Positions 44,991 through 58,818 of a stretch of DNA of 64,000 bases are shown piece after piece (position 1 is the stretch's first letter; each line of letters opens with the position of its first letter). The translations under genes and the position numbers were made by a program. The stretch is taken from the NCBI GenBank assembly GCA_964016885.1, contig OZ024747.1, positions 86,180,001-86,244,000 on the forward strand, read 5' to 3'. Under the pieces are notes generated by a model that made no database searches, had not been told where the DNA came from, and was given only the letters and a program-made list of their open reading frames with translations. This DNA is from Eledone cirrhosa. Taxonomy: Eukaryota.

Positions 44991-45931
44991 ATACACGCAC
45001 ACGCTCGTGTGTGTGTGTGGGGGGGGGGGGGGGGTATGTATTTGTGTGTGCGTATGTATGTGTATGTCCGTCGGGGCATACGTATGTACTGGCCTAAATC
45101 TTCACTATTTACTTTTACTATTTTAATAACCTCCGTCATTTTCGTTTTCAATTTTATTTACATCATTCTTAAACTCCGGGGCTGGAAATCATTCTGTTAT
45201 GTTAAATAGAATATTAGTCTAACGACTCCATTTATACCATAAACTTGGTCTTGTCTTTGCATGAAATTGTTCTTTTCGGTCCACATAACGACGTATTATC
45301 CTCGCTTTTTTTCTGTTCATTGCCAGGGAACGTCTTCACGAACCAAAATATCGTCTTCCTGTTTTCGTTCGGTTGGAACGTTTCTCGAAATATTTACTTC
45401 TGTGTTCACAGATTACTCTCAGTTCAATTTGAATGCATTCCACCAATCCGTTTCGACGTTTATCCAACTACACTTACTTACTTAAATATACAACATCCGA
45501 CCACTTCCAATTTATATAGTAGATATATATATATAAATATATGCTCTACCACTACAGATATTACCTTCACTGTTCTACCTCTATATATATATTTAAAAAA
45601 AAAGGAAAAGAATGACTTCACTTGTAGTTCTAAACAATTTAATTTCATTTTATATTATGATTTTACAACAATTACGCAAGTATTAAAAAAGACCTGTCCA
45701 AACCATTCAGGCATGAAAAAGCACTTGTAAAATTCTGCATGCCTGTGTGTGTATGTGTATATATATACACACACCATAAAATGGAGGGTGGGGTGGAGGG
45801 GCAATAAAACAAAGAAAAAACTCCCAAATCTAACTGCAGGAGTTGCAGTATTATTATCATTAATATTCCTACATGTCGGCCCTTGTGGCTAATAAATGAA
45901 ATCATTATCATTATAATTAAGGGCAGTGGAT

Positions 45932-46082
45932 TGGCAGTATCGGTAGGCAGTTGGACGCTTTACGGTATGAGTTCAAATCCCGCTGAGGTTAACTTTCCCT
46001 TTCATCCTTACGGGGTCGATAAAACAAAGTACCAGTAATGCACTGGGTAATTACTGGCCTTGTGCCAAAAGTAGAAACAATT
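45932..46082 (+). mobile_element. SINE family A copy
   Basis: Family core and 3' end GGCCTTGTGCCAAAAGTAGAAACAATT. Confidence 0.85.
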
Positions 46083-46334
46083 ATCATTATTAGTAGTAGT
46101 AGTAATAGTAGTAGTAGAATGAGAACAAGTAAGTTTTACTGTGTAAGAGATATAACATAGGCTGTGAAGTGTGATGGTGGTAGTTATGAGGTATGTGAAT
46201 GTGTATGTATGGTGTGTGTGTGTGTATGAGTGTGTATATGTAAAAGTATGTGTATGCTATTAGTAATCTGTGTGTGTAAAACATCAGATATGGTCAGGGA
46301 GAATTCCTCAACACCAACAATTCCGACAAATTCG

Positions 46335-46388
<54 letters not shown>

Positions 46389-46890
46389 CATCATCATCAT
46401 CATCATCGTTTAACGTCCATCTTCCACGCTAGCATGGGTTTGGACGGGAATTTTCCCACTTGATGCAAGATTGGTTGTCTTGCTCTTATAGGACTGTCTG
46501 TATATATATATATATATATATACACACAAACAAATAGACAGTTAAAGAGATAAACAGAGAAAGATGAAGATGTATGTGGCATAGGGTGAGTGATGTGTGT
46601 GAGGGGGAGAGATGTCAAAAACGTAAGAGGGGATAAGATAATTAAATGATAGCTTATTAATGAAATCATGTATTTATCTAAAGACCATATGTGTTAAAAC
46701 AAGGAAGTGAAACATTTGCGATAAAAACATGGGGAGTGGGGAAGTGACTGTGGGTGAGAGACAGAGAGAGGTCCAAATTATAAAGATTTCTGAATAATCT
46801 TTTGGTAAGCTGTTTTGATTGGTTGCTATTAACAGACAGACAGACAGACACACACACATATATATATATATATACAAAATATGGTGGATT

Positions 46891-47068
46891 GGCAGAATCG
46901 GTAGAGGGTTGGATGGCATGCTTTGACGCATAGAGTTACGGCCCTTTCCATTCTGAGTTCAAATCCCACCGAGGTTAACTTTGCCTTTCATCCTTACAGG
47001 GTCGATAAAATAAGTTACCAGTAATGCACTGGCTAATTGCTGGTCTTGTGCCAAAAGTAGAAACAATT
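46891..47068 (+). mobile_element. SINE family A copy
   Basis: B box, family core and 3' end as in the other copies. Confidence 0.85.
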
Positions 47069-47279
47069 ATATATATATATACATATATATAAAATTAAGA
47101 ATGGTTTTCCAAAAGGGGTCAGAAAGAAAGCACTGTTAAAAAAGGTGTTCAATACATTAGTAGAGAAGATACATATTTATTTCATATAGAAATGACTAAT
47201 TCATCAGTTTGAAATCACCACAAAACGAATATATATATATATGCATTAAGATTCACACTACATCTTCGATGTAGCACCA

Positions 47280-47650
47280 GACACCTAAAAATAACATGAA
47301 CTGATGTTGATTTTCCAGATGATATCAGTGTCTTATGAGACACCTGCAAAGAAGTAGAGCTGTTTGTACAGAGGGTGGAATGGGCTGCTGAAACAATTGA
47401 ACTTCACATAAATGAGAAGAGGCTGGAATATATTGCATACAACCAGAAAAGGGGTGGTATTGTGTCACAAAATGGAAATTACCTAAAAAGAGTTGAGGAT
47501 TTTAGGTGGCTCAACATCTTAAAGACTAGAATTAACTTAGCCTGGATAGTGGCAAACAAAATGGATGTCATTTGGAAATCCAACATGAACACCAAACTAA
47601 AGGTTAAGTTATTTCGATCAACAGTGGAAAGTGTGTGTGTGTATGGAGCA
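47280..47650 (+). mobile_element. RTE-like LINE RT fragment
   Basis: DVDFPDDI, LHINEKRLEY, KTRINLAW..NKM..IWKS..KLKVKLFRSTVESV. Confidence 0.75.
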
Positions 47651-47946
47651 CATACACATACAGATACTATTATATATATACATACCTACACACACACACA
47701 TATATATTTAAAAATTAGTCACAGGAGGTCATAGAATGTGCCACAAAAGAGCTTTGATAATAAACAACCATCTGGTTATTAAATTAAACAACTGGAAATT
47801 TGTAATAGATTGAAGTGAAAACCAAACAATATATATAGGGGTATCTGGTGGTCAATATATGACACGTATTACCATTTTGAGTTGCTTTACATGTACTACA
47901 CACACACACACATAAACACACACACCCATACACATGCACACGTGTG

Positions 47947-48190
47947 TATCATGACTCGTGCACTGTTCATTTTCCTGATGTTTGTGCATTGCCCCATGTA
48001 CTGTACATGCACTTTTTGATGGGTTGTGGTGCACCTGGGCACTGTACACAATATTTCATTATTATATCATGACTCATACACTGTTCATTTTCCTGACATT
48101 TGTACATTATTCTATGTACTATACATGCACCTTTGATGAGTTGTAGTGCACCTGGGCACTGTACACAATAATTTCATTATTATCATTATT
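47947..48190. repeat. Diverged tandem duplication of about 115 bp
   Basis: CATGACTC..CACTGTTCATTTTCCTGA...GTGCACCTGGGCACTGTACACAATA occurs twice. Confidence 0.8.
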
Positions 48191-48519
48191 ATATATATAT
48201 ATATATATATATATAAACACACACACATATATATAAATGTAAGTGATATAACTAAATCTTGATTAATTTCAAAATGATTTCAAAAATTATAAGCAGTGTG
48301 TTTCATTAGAAATATGGTAACAAAAGGCTTAATATAGTTTTATGGCGTACTTAGTAAGTTAGAATAATTAATAGGAACTAATTAATTAAATATCATATAC
48401 TGATGAAGGACAGCTGAGGGAATTGAAATAATTGTATAATTACATAGAAAAATATATACATACATCTCTCTCTCTCCTTATATATATATAAAGGAGAGAG
48501 AGATGTTTGTCTGTAAGTA

Positions 48520-48551
<32 letters not shown>

Positions 48552-48634
48552 CACTCATCCACATAAATACACATCTATATACACACAAAACTATAGATGT
48601 CTATATGTAAAAACCTTGTTTGTAATATAAGATC

Positions 48635-48950
48635 CCAAATCTATCAGCAACTAGGCAGATATTCAATAAGGCCCTCTTAGACAACAGTTTTCAGGACAAA
48701 ATTAAATACACAGCCAATCAATCCCAACCCAACCATACTAAAAATGCAGACAGAAAAACAAAACTTATCTGGTTTGCACCCCGCTTTTTGCTTGGTGTAA
48801 AGACTAATGTAGGTAAGAAGCTTTTAGATCTAATCGATAGATATTTCCCACTAGAACATTGATAGAGTAAAATCTTCAATCGCAATCCCATCAAAATATC
48901 CAATTCTTGTGACTTGTCTTTTAAGATAAAAAATTACCACAAAAAATAAA
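48635..48950 (+). mobile_element. Penelope-like element ORF remnant (RT thumb to GIY-YIG linker)
   Basis: Not in the ORF track because of stops: LIWFAPRFLLGVKTNVGKKLLDLIDRYFPLEH**SKIFNRNPIKISNSC resembles the PLE linker IIWFNPP..VKTNIG..FL.LIDKHFP..H.L.KIFNRN..K.SYSC. Confidence 0.75.
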
Positions 48951-49895
48951 CCCGACGTAAATCCCTTGCAGTATTAAAAAGAACTGTCTTCTGCAACAGT
49001 CTTTCGTCAGGAAAGAAACAAGTATCTGAGAAAAGTTAGGAGAGGTTAGGAGAAAATAAAAGCCAGGTAGTGGTGGTGTGGTCATCAGGAGGGGTGGTGC
49101 TACAGAATGGACATTGTAATAAAGTAATGAACAGGGGGAAGTAATCAATACATTTCTAGCTTATTAGTTGTTATCAAGACTACATATCTCTCCATCTTTG
49201 CTGAGGTTGGGTGTGTTGTGTCAATGATCACCGCCATAATCATTTATAGTGAAACGCCTTCAAATGTTTTTCATAATCATTCCATATATCAAATATTATA
49301 CAACACACATATACATATATATTTACACACAAGCAACTCTGTAGTGAAACTGTCTTCCACTTAGAGAGTAGTTGATTTGTGAGGAGAGGATCACTGGCCA
49401 TCCCTGTGAAACATGATAATTGCACAGTAAATTCTTCAACTGAACTGAACTGCCATTTATAGACATATGGTAAAAATATGGTAGTGGTGCCTGGCATGGG
49501 TGGGGTGTTGCAGTGTGGAGGTGGGAGTGGTACAAGGGGTAGGGGAAAGTGGATGTGTGTGGAGGACAATGGGTGTGGGGGGATACAGGAGGGAGGTTTG
49601 TCAAAAAGGATGTGGGGAGGGAGTTCTGTGTGGGTTTTTATTTTACTAGTTTTGTATTTTTTAAAAAATTTTATTTTAAATTACAAATACTGAATTAACC
49701 TTGTTTCAAATATGTTGGTTGATCACACCCACAAATATGGTTTTGTGTGGTGGCCATAAAGAAATTTCATAAACAGTTATAAAAAATACATATATACCCC
49801 ACAACATATATGTATATGCATGTGCGTGTTTATATATATATATTATATATATATAAAAAAGAAAATTTTCGCTCTACATAGCTGAATACAATAAA

Positions 49896-50110
49896 TGTAA
49901 TCTGAGTTTTTCGAATATTAATAACATTCGATTCGGTTGCAATTATGCAAACAAGCCTCAATTTTATAGCCATGTCAGTAGAATGAACCCTTCATTCTTG
50001 CTCTTGTGTTGGCAGTTCTGTTCTCATGCCAACACAAGAGCAAGAATGAAGGGTTCATTCTACTGACATGGCTATAAAATTGAGGCTTGTTTGCAAAAAC
50101 TCAGATTACA
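49896..50110. repeat. Fold-back element with 69-bp perfect inner arms
   Basis: 49946-50014 mirrors 50027-50095; outer match of about 16 bp, with about 34 nt missing from the right arm. Confidence 0.9.
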
Positions 50111-51546
50111 CACACATATATATATAGGAAAAGAGCCAGGAGCCCGTCGGCTGAGCTCCGGCCGTTTCGACAGCATATATATATATATATATGTATATAT
50201 ATAGAGAGAGATAGAGAGGGAGGGGAAATGAAAGTGACTGTGTCAATACAAAATAGTTGAGGTGAGGAATAATAATTAAAAAAAAATGTAAAAATGTAGA
50301 AATTACAAAGAAATCAACTGTTTAAAATAGTAAATAATAGTGTAGATATCTACATTGCCCCTACCACAACACAACACCATCATTCCCTCACCTCCACATA
50401 CATAATTAGGTAGGGCAGTTTTACATTGACATATATAAGAGAAATGTAACATAATTTAGGATGATCTATATATTGCTCATATATACACACAAACTCACAA
50501 GTGTCTGTGTTTGGTTATACAGTGTGTATCAGTCTTTTACATCTGCTTTCCATGCTTGTACATACACATTCTGGTTTTAGTCTGATTAAGTGCCTGTAGG
50601 CCACGAGACTGTAGAGGGCATTTGCCCTTGGAGGTCAAGTTGAAAAAGGCCTAGTTTGAGCATGTTCCTAAAAGCCAGTTGATGATATTTGATAGGGGGC
50701 AGAATTGTTAGGACATTGAACAAAGTGCTTAGTGGTATTTCTTCCAGCTCTTTATGTTCTGTGTTCAAATCCCGTAAAGGTGAACTTTGCCTGTCATACA
50801 TCTAGGGTCCATAAAATAAAGCACTATTAAAGTATTGTAGCTGATTTAATAAAATTATTATTTTTTCAATAGTTTCATGTGACTTTCTACTGCATCACCC
50901 GGTGCACCTCTGTGTCCCTGAGGTGTATGCAGTATTGCACATTCTTAGTTTTGTGGATGTTGGAGGGAGTATAGGTTCCTCATGTTACTATACTACATCA
51001 GTTATTATACCTGCTCTGAGTATGTACCTGTAAATTGGAGAAGAACTGTGGCTTTTATGGGCTTTCTCCACAAATGACCCTCAGAGGTCTCACTCAATTC
51101 TGGGAAATTTGTTATGTTTATTTTTTTAGTCATTGTTATAAACATTCTTTACATAAACACACAAAAAAACCCACATAGGGATTGTCCTGTGTTGTCTTTA
51201 TTGTTTGCTTAATGCTATCCCTGTGTGGCTAATAAAGAAACCATTCTTATTATGTCCATGTTTAACTAGAGTGTGTACCTGTTGACTGCTGGCAAATGAA
51301 AATATTGCCTCTTTCCATGAGGTCTAAACACATTCAGTAAGAAAGTACTTTCCTCAAAATATGAAACAGTTTCCCAGCAAAGAAAAATGTTTATCAAAGT
51401 CATGTCGTTACCATGATTATCATCATCTTGTGTGTTATTTTTTCATTTAGACAATTTATACATAAATATTATTATTGTGTATGCACAGGTGGTTCTGTTG
51501 AAGTGTGTGTATACATACATGATTATATATATACTTATACATATAA

Positions 51547-51577
<31 letters not shown>

Positions 51578-51620
51578 CTTATATAATAATAATATGGACG
51601 AGGTGTCAAATTTTCATTAC

Positions 51621-51662
<42 letters not shown>

Positions 51663-51939
51663 CTAAATAAATACATACATAAATACACACGCACACAAAT
51701 ACACAATCACACACATACGTAATGGCTGACTAAATATATGTCTTCCTCTTCTTACTCTGATATATTTTTCTATTTCTTCTTTCTCTTATTCTACCTTCTG
51801 ACAAAGGCTTAATGTCTGAAACGTTATAACTCTTTCCCTTCTATAGCAAGTGTTTAACTAGTATAAATCATCATTCTACTGTATTGTTCTCTATGTCTAC
51901 TTTCCATGCTGACACACACACATATATATATATATATAT

Positions 51940-52733
51940 GTGATCCGATGAGTGACCATCGACGAGGTGGAATGTTCTTTCCAAATTAGTCATGGTTCTG
52001 CATATGAATTCATCCATGACAAGCTTTGCTTCCATAAAGTCTGTGTGAGATGGGTGCCAAGAAAGCTTACCTAAGAACATAAGAATCATGTTGAGATCTG
52101 TCAACAATGATTAAGGTGAAGTCTTTTTGGAGAAAATAGTCACAGGAGATGAGACCTTCTGTCCATCATTTTGAGCCTAAATCCAAAAGGCAGAGTCTGG
52201 GATAGAAACATCGTGGAATCACCAGTGAAAAGAAATTCACAACTCAACCTTCTGCAGAAAAAGTGATGCTGTTTTTTGGGATGCAAAAGGGCCTAACTGG
52301 AACATTACCCGGAAAAAGAGGTCTACAGCCACCAGTGTAGGCTACAGTGAAATGCTGGCCAACAAACTGAAACCAGCAATTCACATCAAATGCTGATTGT
52401 CAAAAAAAGTGTTATTGTTGCATGACAATGTACAGCCAAACTGTTGAAACCATTGAAAAAGTGGAGGTTATGTTGCTGGAACACCCTGTCTACCACCTCT
52501 TTCAACTACTTAAACATCCTTTATGAGGTCGTTGATTTGCTAAAGATGAAGAGGTGCAGGAAGTGATATATTAATGACTGCAAGACCAGCCAAAAACCTT
52601 CTCCAATGGAATAAGTAAGCTTGTGGACCACCAAAAGAAGTGGGTGGGTGGAAAACCAACGAAATTCAACCCTTGCCTTTGCTTCAATGAATTACAGAAA
52701 CAAGAGTACATATAATTTTTGATTTCCCTTCAT
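51940..52733 (+). mobile_element. mariner transposase pseudogene
   Basis: RWVPRKLT, IVTGDET, HHFEPKSKRQS, LLHDN; multiple stops and frameshifts; ends at TA. Confidence 0.88.
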
Positions 52734-53020
52734 ATATATATATATTGAAGGAAAGCTGTGAAGAGTTGACTATATTAGTTAGTGTACTTAACTGCTACTT
52801 CATTTTATTAAACTTAGAAGGCGGTGGTAGCGGGGATGATGATGGTGGTGGTGGTGATGATGATGGTGGTGGTAGTGATGATGATAGTGGAGGTGGTGAT
52901 GATGATAGTGGAGATGGTGATAATAACAATAAACAGTTGTGTGTAATTAGTGGAAGTGAAATTACATGTATATTTAGATATGTATGTATATGCTTGTGCT
53001 TGCGTGTGTGTGTGTGTGTG

Positions 53021-53033
53021 TGCTGAGTCAACA
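53021..53033. promoter_or_regulatory. MARE/ARE-like site
   Basis: TGCTGAGTCAACA, 12/13 match to the T-MARE TGCTGAGTCAGCA; 8.8 kb 5' of the Maf exon. Confidence 0.3.
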
Positions 53034-53290
53034 GAAAGCAATGGTTTATAGTTATCAATGATGGCAGAAGGTCAGATATAGACAGTGGGTCTGTTGTAGG
53101 ATTTACAGTGGCACCTTACATCACACTCATATGTAGTGTGGTGTTAGTCTCTCTCTCATATATATATATACATATATAATGGTTGTGTGTATCTATATAT
53201 ATAATCATCATTTAGTGTCTGTTTTCCTTCCTATATAGATACACCTCCACACCTCCCATGTATGGCTGTGTAGGTGTGCATATATATATA

Positions 53291-53415
53291 TAAGTTTGTT
53301 TTGAAACAACGAGCGAGTTTGAAATTAGAAATAGAAGCTTTCACCATATTTTTGACTAAAGAAATTTTAGTGGGGTTTAGAACCGAATAAGAAATGGAAA
53401 AGATAAGTATTGATG
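53291..53415 (-). mobile_element. SINE family C, 5'-truncated copy
   Basis: Matches 23425-23565; (TA)n on both sides. Confidence 0.75.
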
Positions 53416-53765
53416 TATATATATATATATAAGTGGGTGTTTTGTGACCATATTTCTCAAGAAATACTAATTCAATTAATTAATGAAGAATTTTAAAGAA
53501 TTTACTTAAATTATTAATCATCTTATGACAAAGATCTTAACTTATAATTATGTTGGAAGAATTTAATATAAACATGAAGTCTTCAAAATGGATTGTTTTG
53601 TTTCATAGAATCAAAGCTGGTTTTGGCCAGGTTGGTATTGTTCAAACATTAATTGACTTAGGACTCAATACATATGAGCAGAATGTAAGACTTATTTTCT
53701 GAAGAAAAAGGCTCACACTGAAGACTGAGTGCCAGTCAGAAGAGATGCTTCTTTTTTTCTTCAGG

Positions 53766-53798
<33 letters not shown>

Positions 53799-54145
53799 TA
53801 TACACACACATTTGTTGAGATGCTAAAAGCAGCGGGAGAAGTAGGAGTCAAACTAGAATGTATATGGAGGGGGTAATGGTGGTGACGATGGTGTTATTGT
53901 TGAGGGGTATGTGTGTGTATCATAGTAATGAGGGATGGAATGTATACATGTGTTTGTGTGATGGATATGATGAATGAAAATATATGTATAAGTATATATA
54001 TATATATACACACACACACTGTATAGGTACACTGCACCCCCAGCATGTCTTAAGGGCCAATTAAAAGTGTTGGTGTCAGGAAGGGTATCTAGATGTAAAA
54101 TATTGTCTGAAAACATTTATTCAACCCATGCCAGGTGAATGTATG

Positions 54146-54190
<45 letters not shown>

Positions 54191-56630
54191 TATATACATA
54201 CACACACACACACAACCATACACACACACATATATACATATATATACATATATATGTATATATGTATGTGTGTATGTGTGTATGTGTGTGTGGTTGTGTG
54301 TGTGTGTGTGTGTGTATGTGTGCGTGTGTCAGTGTATGTGTGTGTGTGATAATAAAGGAGAATGTGAGTGTGATAACTGCTGATGTGGTAGAGGAGTGGT
54401 AGTGGGAGCGAAGTTGTTTGTTCTCCATTTACTCACTGCAACCCCTCCCCCTCATCTTTACTCATTCATTTTCTCCCCACCCAAATATTACTATTTACCA
54501 CCAACCCACCCATGCCCACCCATATCAACTCCACTTTTTCTTTTTCCTTTAGTTTTTACAAAGACATCTTATCTCCAGAGAAAGTGGGTAGAGTGTGGGA
54601 TGGGTTGCAGGTTGTAGGGGGGGGGGGGGGGTTGAGGAAGGGGTAACAGGATCAGGGGGTTGGTACTCCTCTCCCACTGTCAGAATCGACTGCACCTATA
54701 TACACACACACAACCAAGTCAAGATATATGCGTGTGTGTGCACTTTATATATATATATAAGTATGTGTATATATAAGAGAAGTACCCCCTTTGTTAAAAA
54801 ATAGTTCTTAATATAGCTGGCTACCAGAAATGGTATTGCTGCGGTTGGCAGATATGACAACATACTACGCCTACTGCTACTACCACTACAGTCCAGTTCC
54901 TTTTTTGACTGAGTGCTTTATAACAGTTAAGTTTTTGTTAAGTTTTAATGTCTTGTGCCACTTGAAACCACGTTAGCAAGACATTCTTGAAATGTACAAA
55001 GCAACACTAAGACTGCATAACATTTTTAATTTGAAATCTTTTATTTCAAATTTTTACAAATATCTGTCCACTAGTATATACTATAAACAAACTAGTTTTT
55101 AGATATGTTCTGCTTTTGGCCAAGATAAGTGCATAAACAGTGCACCCAAGAGTCTGGAGGATCAAGAGAAAAGAGAAGTGAAGAATATTCTGGTAATACT
55201 AACCCCCACCAGTTCTTATTCGGAGTTCAGGTTAATGTCTTACTTTTATTCAGAATTACTTCTTTCCTAAGAGGGCCTAGGTGTCCACATCTCATTCTTA
55301 TTCAGAATTACTGCCATCCTAGTCAGAGAATCATATTTCACTCCTATGTTTCTACAGCTGGACACTCTTCTTAACACCAGCCACTTTACAGAGCTTTCCT
55401 GGATGCTTTTTATCATGAAACCACACAATAGGGAGGTTGTCATGTTATTGATACAACCGAAAAGTAATCTAAATGCTGTTTCTGTTTGAGTGGCAACTGC
55501 TGTAGAGTGAGTATCCAAGGTGCATTTTATCATAGCACTAGCACCAGAATTATTATGTTTTGGACAAAATCCTAGATTACTCTCTATCCTATACTATTAG
55601 TTTGATTGCCACCCACTTTAAAGAGTGCACTCGGTGCAATTTACACAGTGAAACTTGAAGTGGTTGCCTGCATCGTATATATGATGGTGAATTTCTCATC
55701 AATTTTGATGAGCATTTAGTTGTTCAATCAAGCAAACATCCAGAGGGTGAATTAATGCATAAGTGGTTGAGTATTCCAGAAACATGACAGCACTAAAGCA
55801 AGCAAATGCAATAACAGCCAGTCCTAATAATGGATCAGAAGCCTGTCAATGGAGGAACTTACTCCACATGGTATGACATCAGTAGCCTAATTTGAGTACT
55901 GACTCACTCTGAGAAGACCCATCCAACCCTTGATAGTAGGGAAAATGAATGTTAAATGACAATGATTTTGTACTATAGAGTAAGTGACTGAACATTCCAC
56001 AAATAAGCTTCAACAGTTTCTGCCTCTCCAGTTTTATATACATTGATTGGGTCAACTCAAAGCTATGGTAAAAACACTTGCCCAACATGCCACATAGTGG
56101 GATTGAACCCAAGACCAGCAAACTTTTTAACCATCCAGCTATGCTAGCATATACACATGCAAACGCACAGAAGAGTTGCATAGTGTATTTTAGATAATGT
56201 TTACTATCAAACTATTTACACAGTTTAAACTACCCCCTCACACCAACTACCCATACACATACTACATAATGCATTCTAAAACAGACACTACATACAATAC
56301 ACTCAAACACACACACATACACCACTAATCTCTTCACAGGTTGTTATAACAGAAGCTACTTTTGTTGTGAAAATGTTGCCTGACATCACTGAGATGTGTA
56401 AAATACTTCAGCATGTATTTATAGAATTATAAAACTATATATATATATAAATTAAATAAATATTAAAACTCTACTTCTGTATTGAGTATTCTTTTCTCTC
56501 GGGCCCCGTCAACCACATATGAATATATATATATATACACACTCTCACATATTAACATACTGGTTGTTTATACATACACACACACACATATATATATACA
56601 TACATATATTGGTAGATAGGTAGGTGTGAG

Positions 56631-56666
<36 letters not shown>

Positions 56667-56679
56667 CATACCCATCATG

Positions 56680-56762
56680 GACTGCATAGCTCAGTGGATG
56701 GAGCATCAGACTTTTATGATCTATTCTGTGAAAGGTCGTGGGTTCAAGTCCATCTGTGGATG
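56680..56762 (+). pseudogene. tRNA-Lys(TTT)-derived pseudogene or SINE head
   Basis: ATAGCTCAGT.G.T.GAGCATCAGACTTTTA...GGTC..GGGTTCAAGTCC; acceptor stem broken, extra bases 3' of the anticodon. Confidence 0.6.
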
Positions 56763-57303
56763 AATTGATTTTTCCAGCATGGCCTCAGGTAAAACAGTAA
56801 AAATGAAACACACACACAGTCCAATCCTTGCTATACATATATACCATCAGCATCACTGTTTAATGTCCATTTTCCACGCTAGCATGGGTTAGACTGGTTG
56901 TCCTATTTAAGGCAAGTCGAGATCAGATGACCATGCCTTGCTCACACAGAACTGTTTTGGCTTGGATGCCCTTCCTAACTACTGGGTGCTTTTTGTTGTG
57001 ACACCTACATCACCACTTTAGGGGGAGGACGATTATTCGAGACTCGAGAGTACAATTATTCCCCCCCCCCCCAAAAAAAAACAAACAAAACAATAACATG
57101 TATTTAAAGCTGCTGAGCTTTCAAGAATTGCTACTCATTATGAACACACACACACACACATATATATGAGAGAGAGAGAGAGACACACAGAAATATGATA
57201 GCTGTATATTGCAATCATCACTATTTTATGTCTATTTTCCATGCTTATATATATATTCATATACACATATCTACCTTCATACATTACATGGGCACACACA
57301 CAG

Positions 57304-57347
<44 letters not shown>

Positions 57348-57702
57348 ATAATACATACACTTTTTTGTGTTTTGTTTTCTTACTGTATAAAACCATGTAA
57401 TAATTGTAATAAAATATGTCAGTCAGTGAGAGAAGGACAGGGAGGTGATGGTGGAGTGGATAAGGAGGAAAGTTGGTGGTGGTGGTGGTGGTGTTTGGAT
57501 TGCACTCAGTAGCACAGATTAACTTAAGATACAGCAGAGACAAACAGACAGACACTGAGGTAGATATAAGTATGTTGTGTGTATGTGTGAGAGAGAGTGA
57601 GAGACAGGTAAATGTGTGAGAGAGTGTGAGAAAAAGACAGAGACTGAGTTAGATGTGGGAGATACAGACATGATAGAGTTAAGAGATAGATAGACATGAG
57701 TA

Positions 57703-57890
57703 TGAGAGAGAGGGGGAGAGAGAGAAAGAGAGGAAGAGAGAGGGGGAGAAAGAGAGAGAAAGAGAGGAAGAGAGAGGGGGAGAGAGAGAGGAAGAGAGAG
57801 AGGAAGAGAGAGAGAGAGAGGGGGAGAGAGAGAGAGGGGGAGAGAGAGAGAGAGGGACAGAGAGAGAAAGAGAGAGGGAGAGAGAGAGGA

Positions 57891-57954
<64 letters not shown>

Positions 57955-58720
57955 GGAGAGAAGGAGAGAAGGGGAGAGAAGGAGAGAAGGGGAGAGAAGG
58001 AGAGAAGGGGAGAGAAGGAGAGAGAGGAGAGAGAGGGGGGGGGGGAGAAGGAGAGGGAGAGAGGGGAGAGAAGGAGAGAGAGAGGGGAGAGAAGGAGAGG
58101 GAAGAGAGAAGGAGAGGGAAGAGAGAAGGAGAGGGGGGGGGGGGGGGAGAAGGAGAGAGAAGGGGAGAGAAGGAGAGAGAAGGAGAGAGAGAGAGGAGAG
58201 GGGAGAGGGGAGAGAAGGAGAGAGAGAGAGAAGGAGAGGGGAGAGAGAGAGGGAAGAGAGAGAGAGAGGAGAGAGAAGGAGAGAGAGGAGAGGAGAGGGG
58301 AGAGGGGAGAGGAGAGGAGAGAGGAGAGAGAAGGAGAGGGGAGAGGGGAGAGGAGAGAGAGAAGGGGGAAGAAGGAGAGGGGGGAAAGAAGGAGATAGAG
58401 GGGGGGTGGAGAAGGAGAGAGAGAGAGAAGAGAGAGGAGAGAGAGGAGAGAGAGAGGGGGAGAGAAGGGTAGAGGAGAGAGAGGAGAGAGAAGGAGAGAG
58501 AGGGGAGAGAAGGAGAGAGAGAGAGAGAGAGAGAGGGGAGAGAAGGAGAGAGAGAGAGAGGGGAGAGAAAGCGAGAGAGAGAGAGGGGAGAGAGAGAGAG
58601 AGAGAGAGGGGAGAGAAAGAGAGAGGGGAGAGAAGGAGAGAGAGGGGAGAGAAGGAGAGAGAGGGGAGAGAAGGGGGGAGAGAAGGAGAGAGAGAAGGAG
58701 AGAGAGAAAGAGAGAGAGGA
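57703..58720. repeat. About 1-kb polypurine (GA/GGA-rich) tract
   Basis: Almost exclusively G and A on the plus strand; explains the SL/SP/ER ORFs. Confidence 0.97.
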
Positions 58721-58818
58721 TAATCTGTGAAGTAGGAAAAAACAATAGGGATTAAGTGTAAAATACAGTTTGATTAGATTTAATCCAGACACTCCACCAT
58801 GATGGATTAATAATAATA

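Noticed and set aside
48395-51830. CTGATGA..GAAA at about 48400 and CTGACAA..GAAACGTT at about 51798
   Set aside because: No convincing stem I or cleavage triplet; possibly degenerate PLE termini
53640-54710. Candidate upstream Maf exons
   Set aside because: No recognisable Maf N-terminal sequence or unambiguous splice pair; needs transcript data
56680-56762. Functional tRNA-Lys gene
   Set aside because: Acceptor and anticodon stems do not close
57519-58792. SL/SP/ER-rich ORFs of up to 422 aa
   Set aside because: Translations of the polypurine tract
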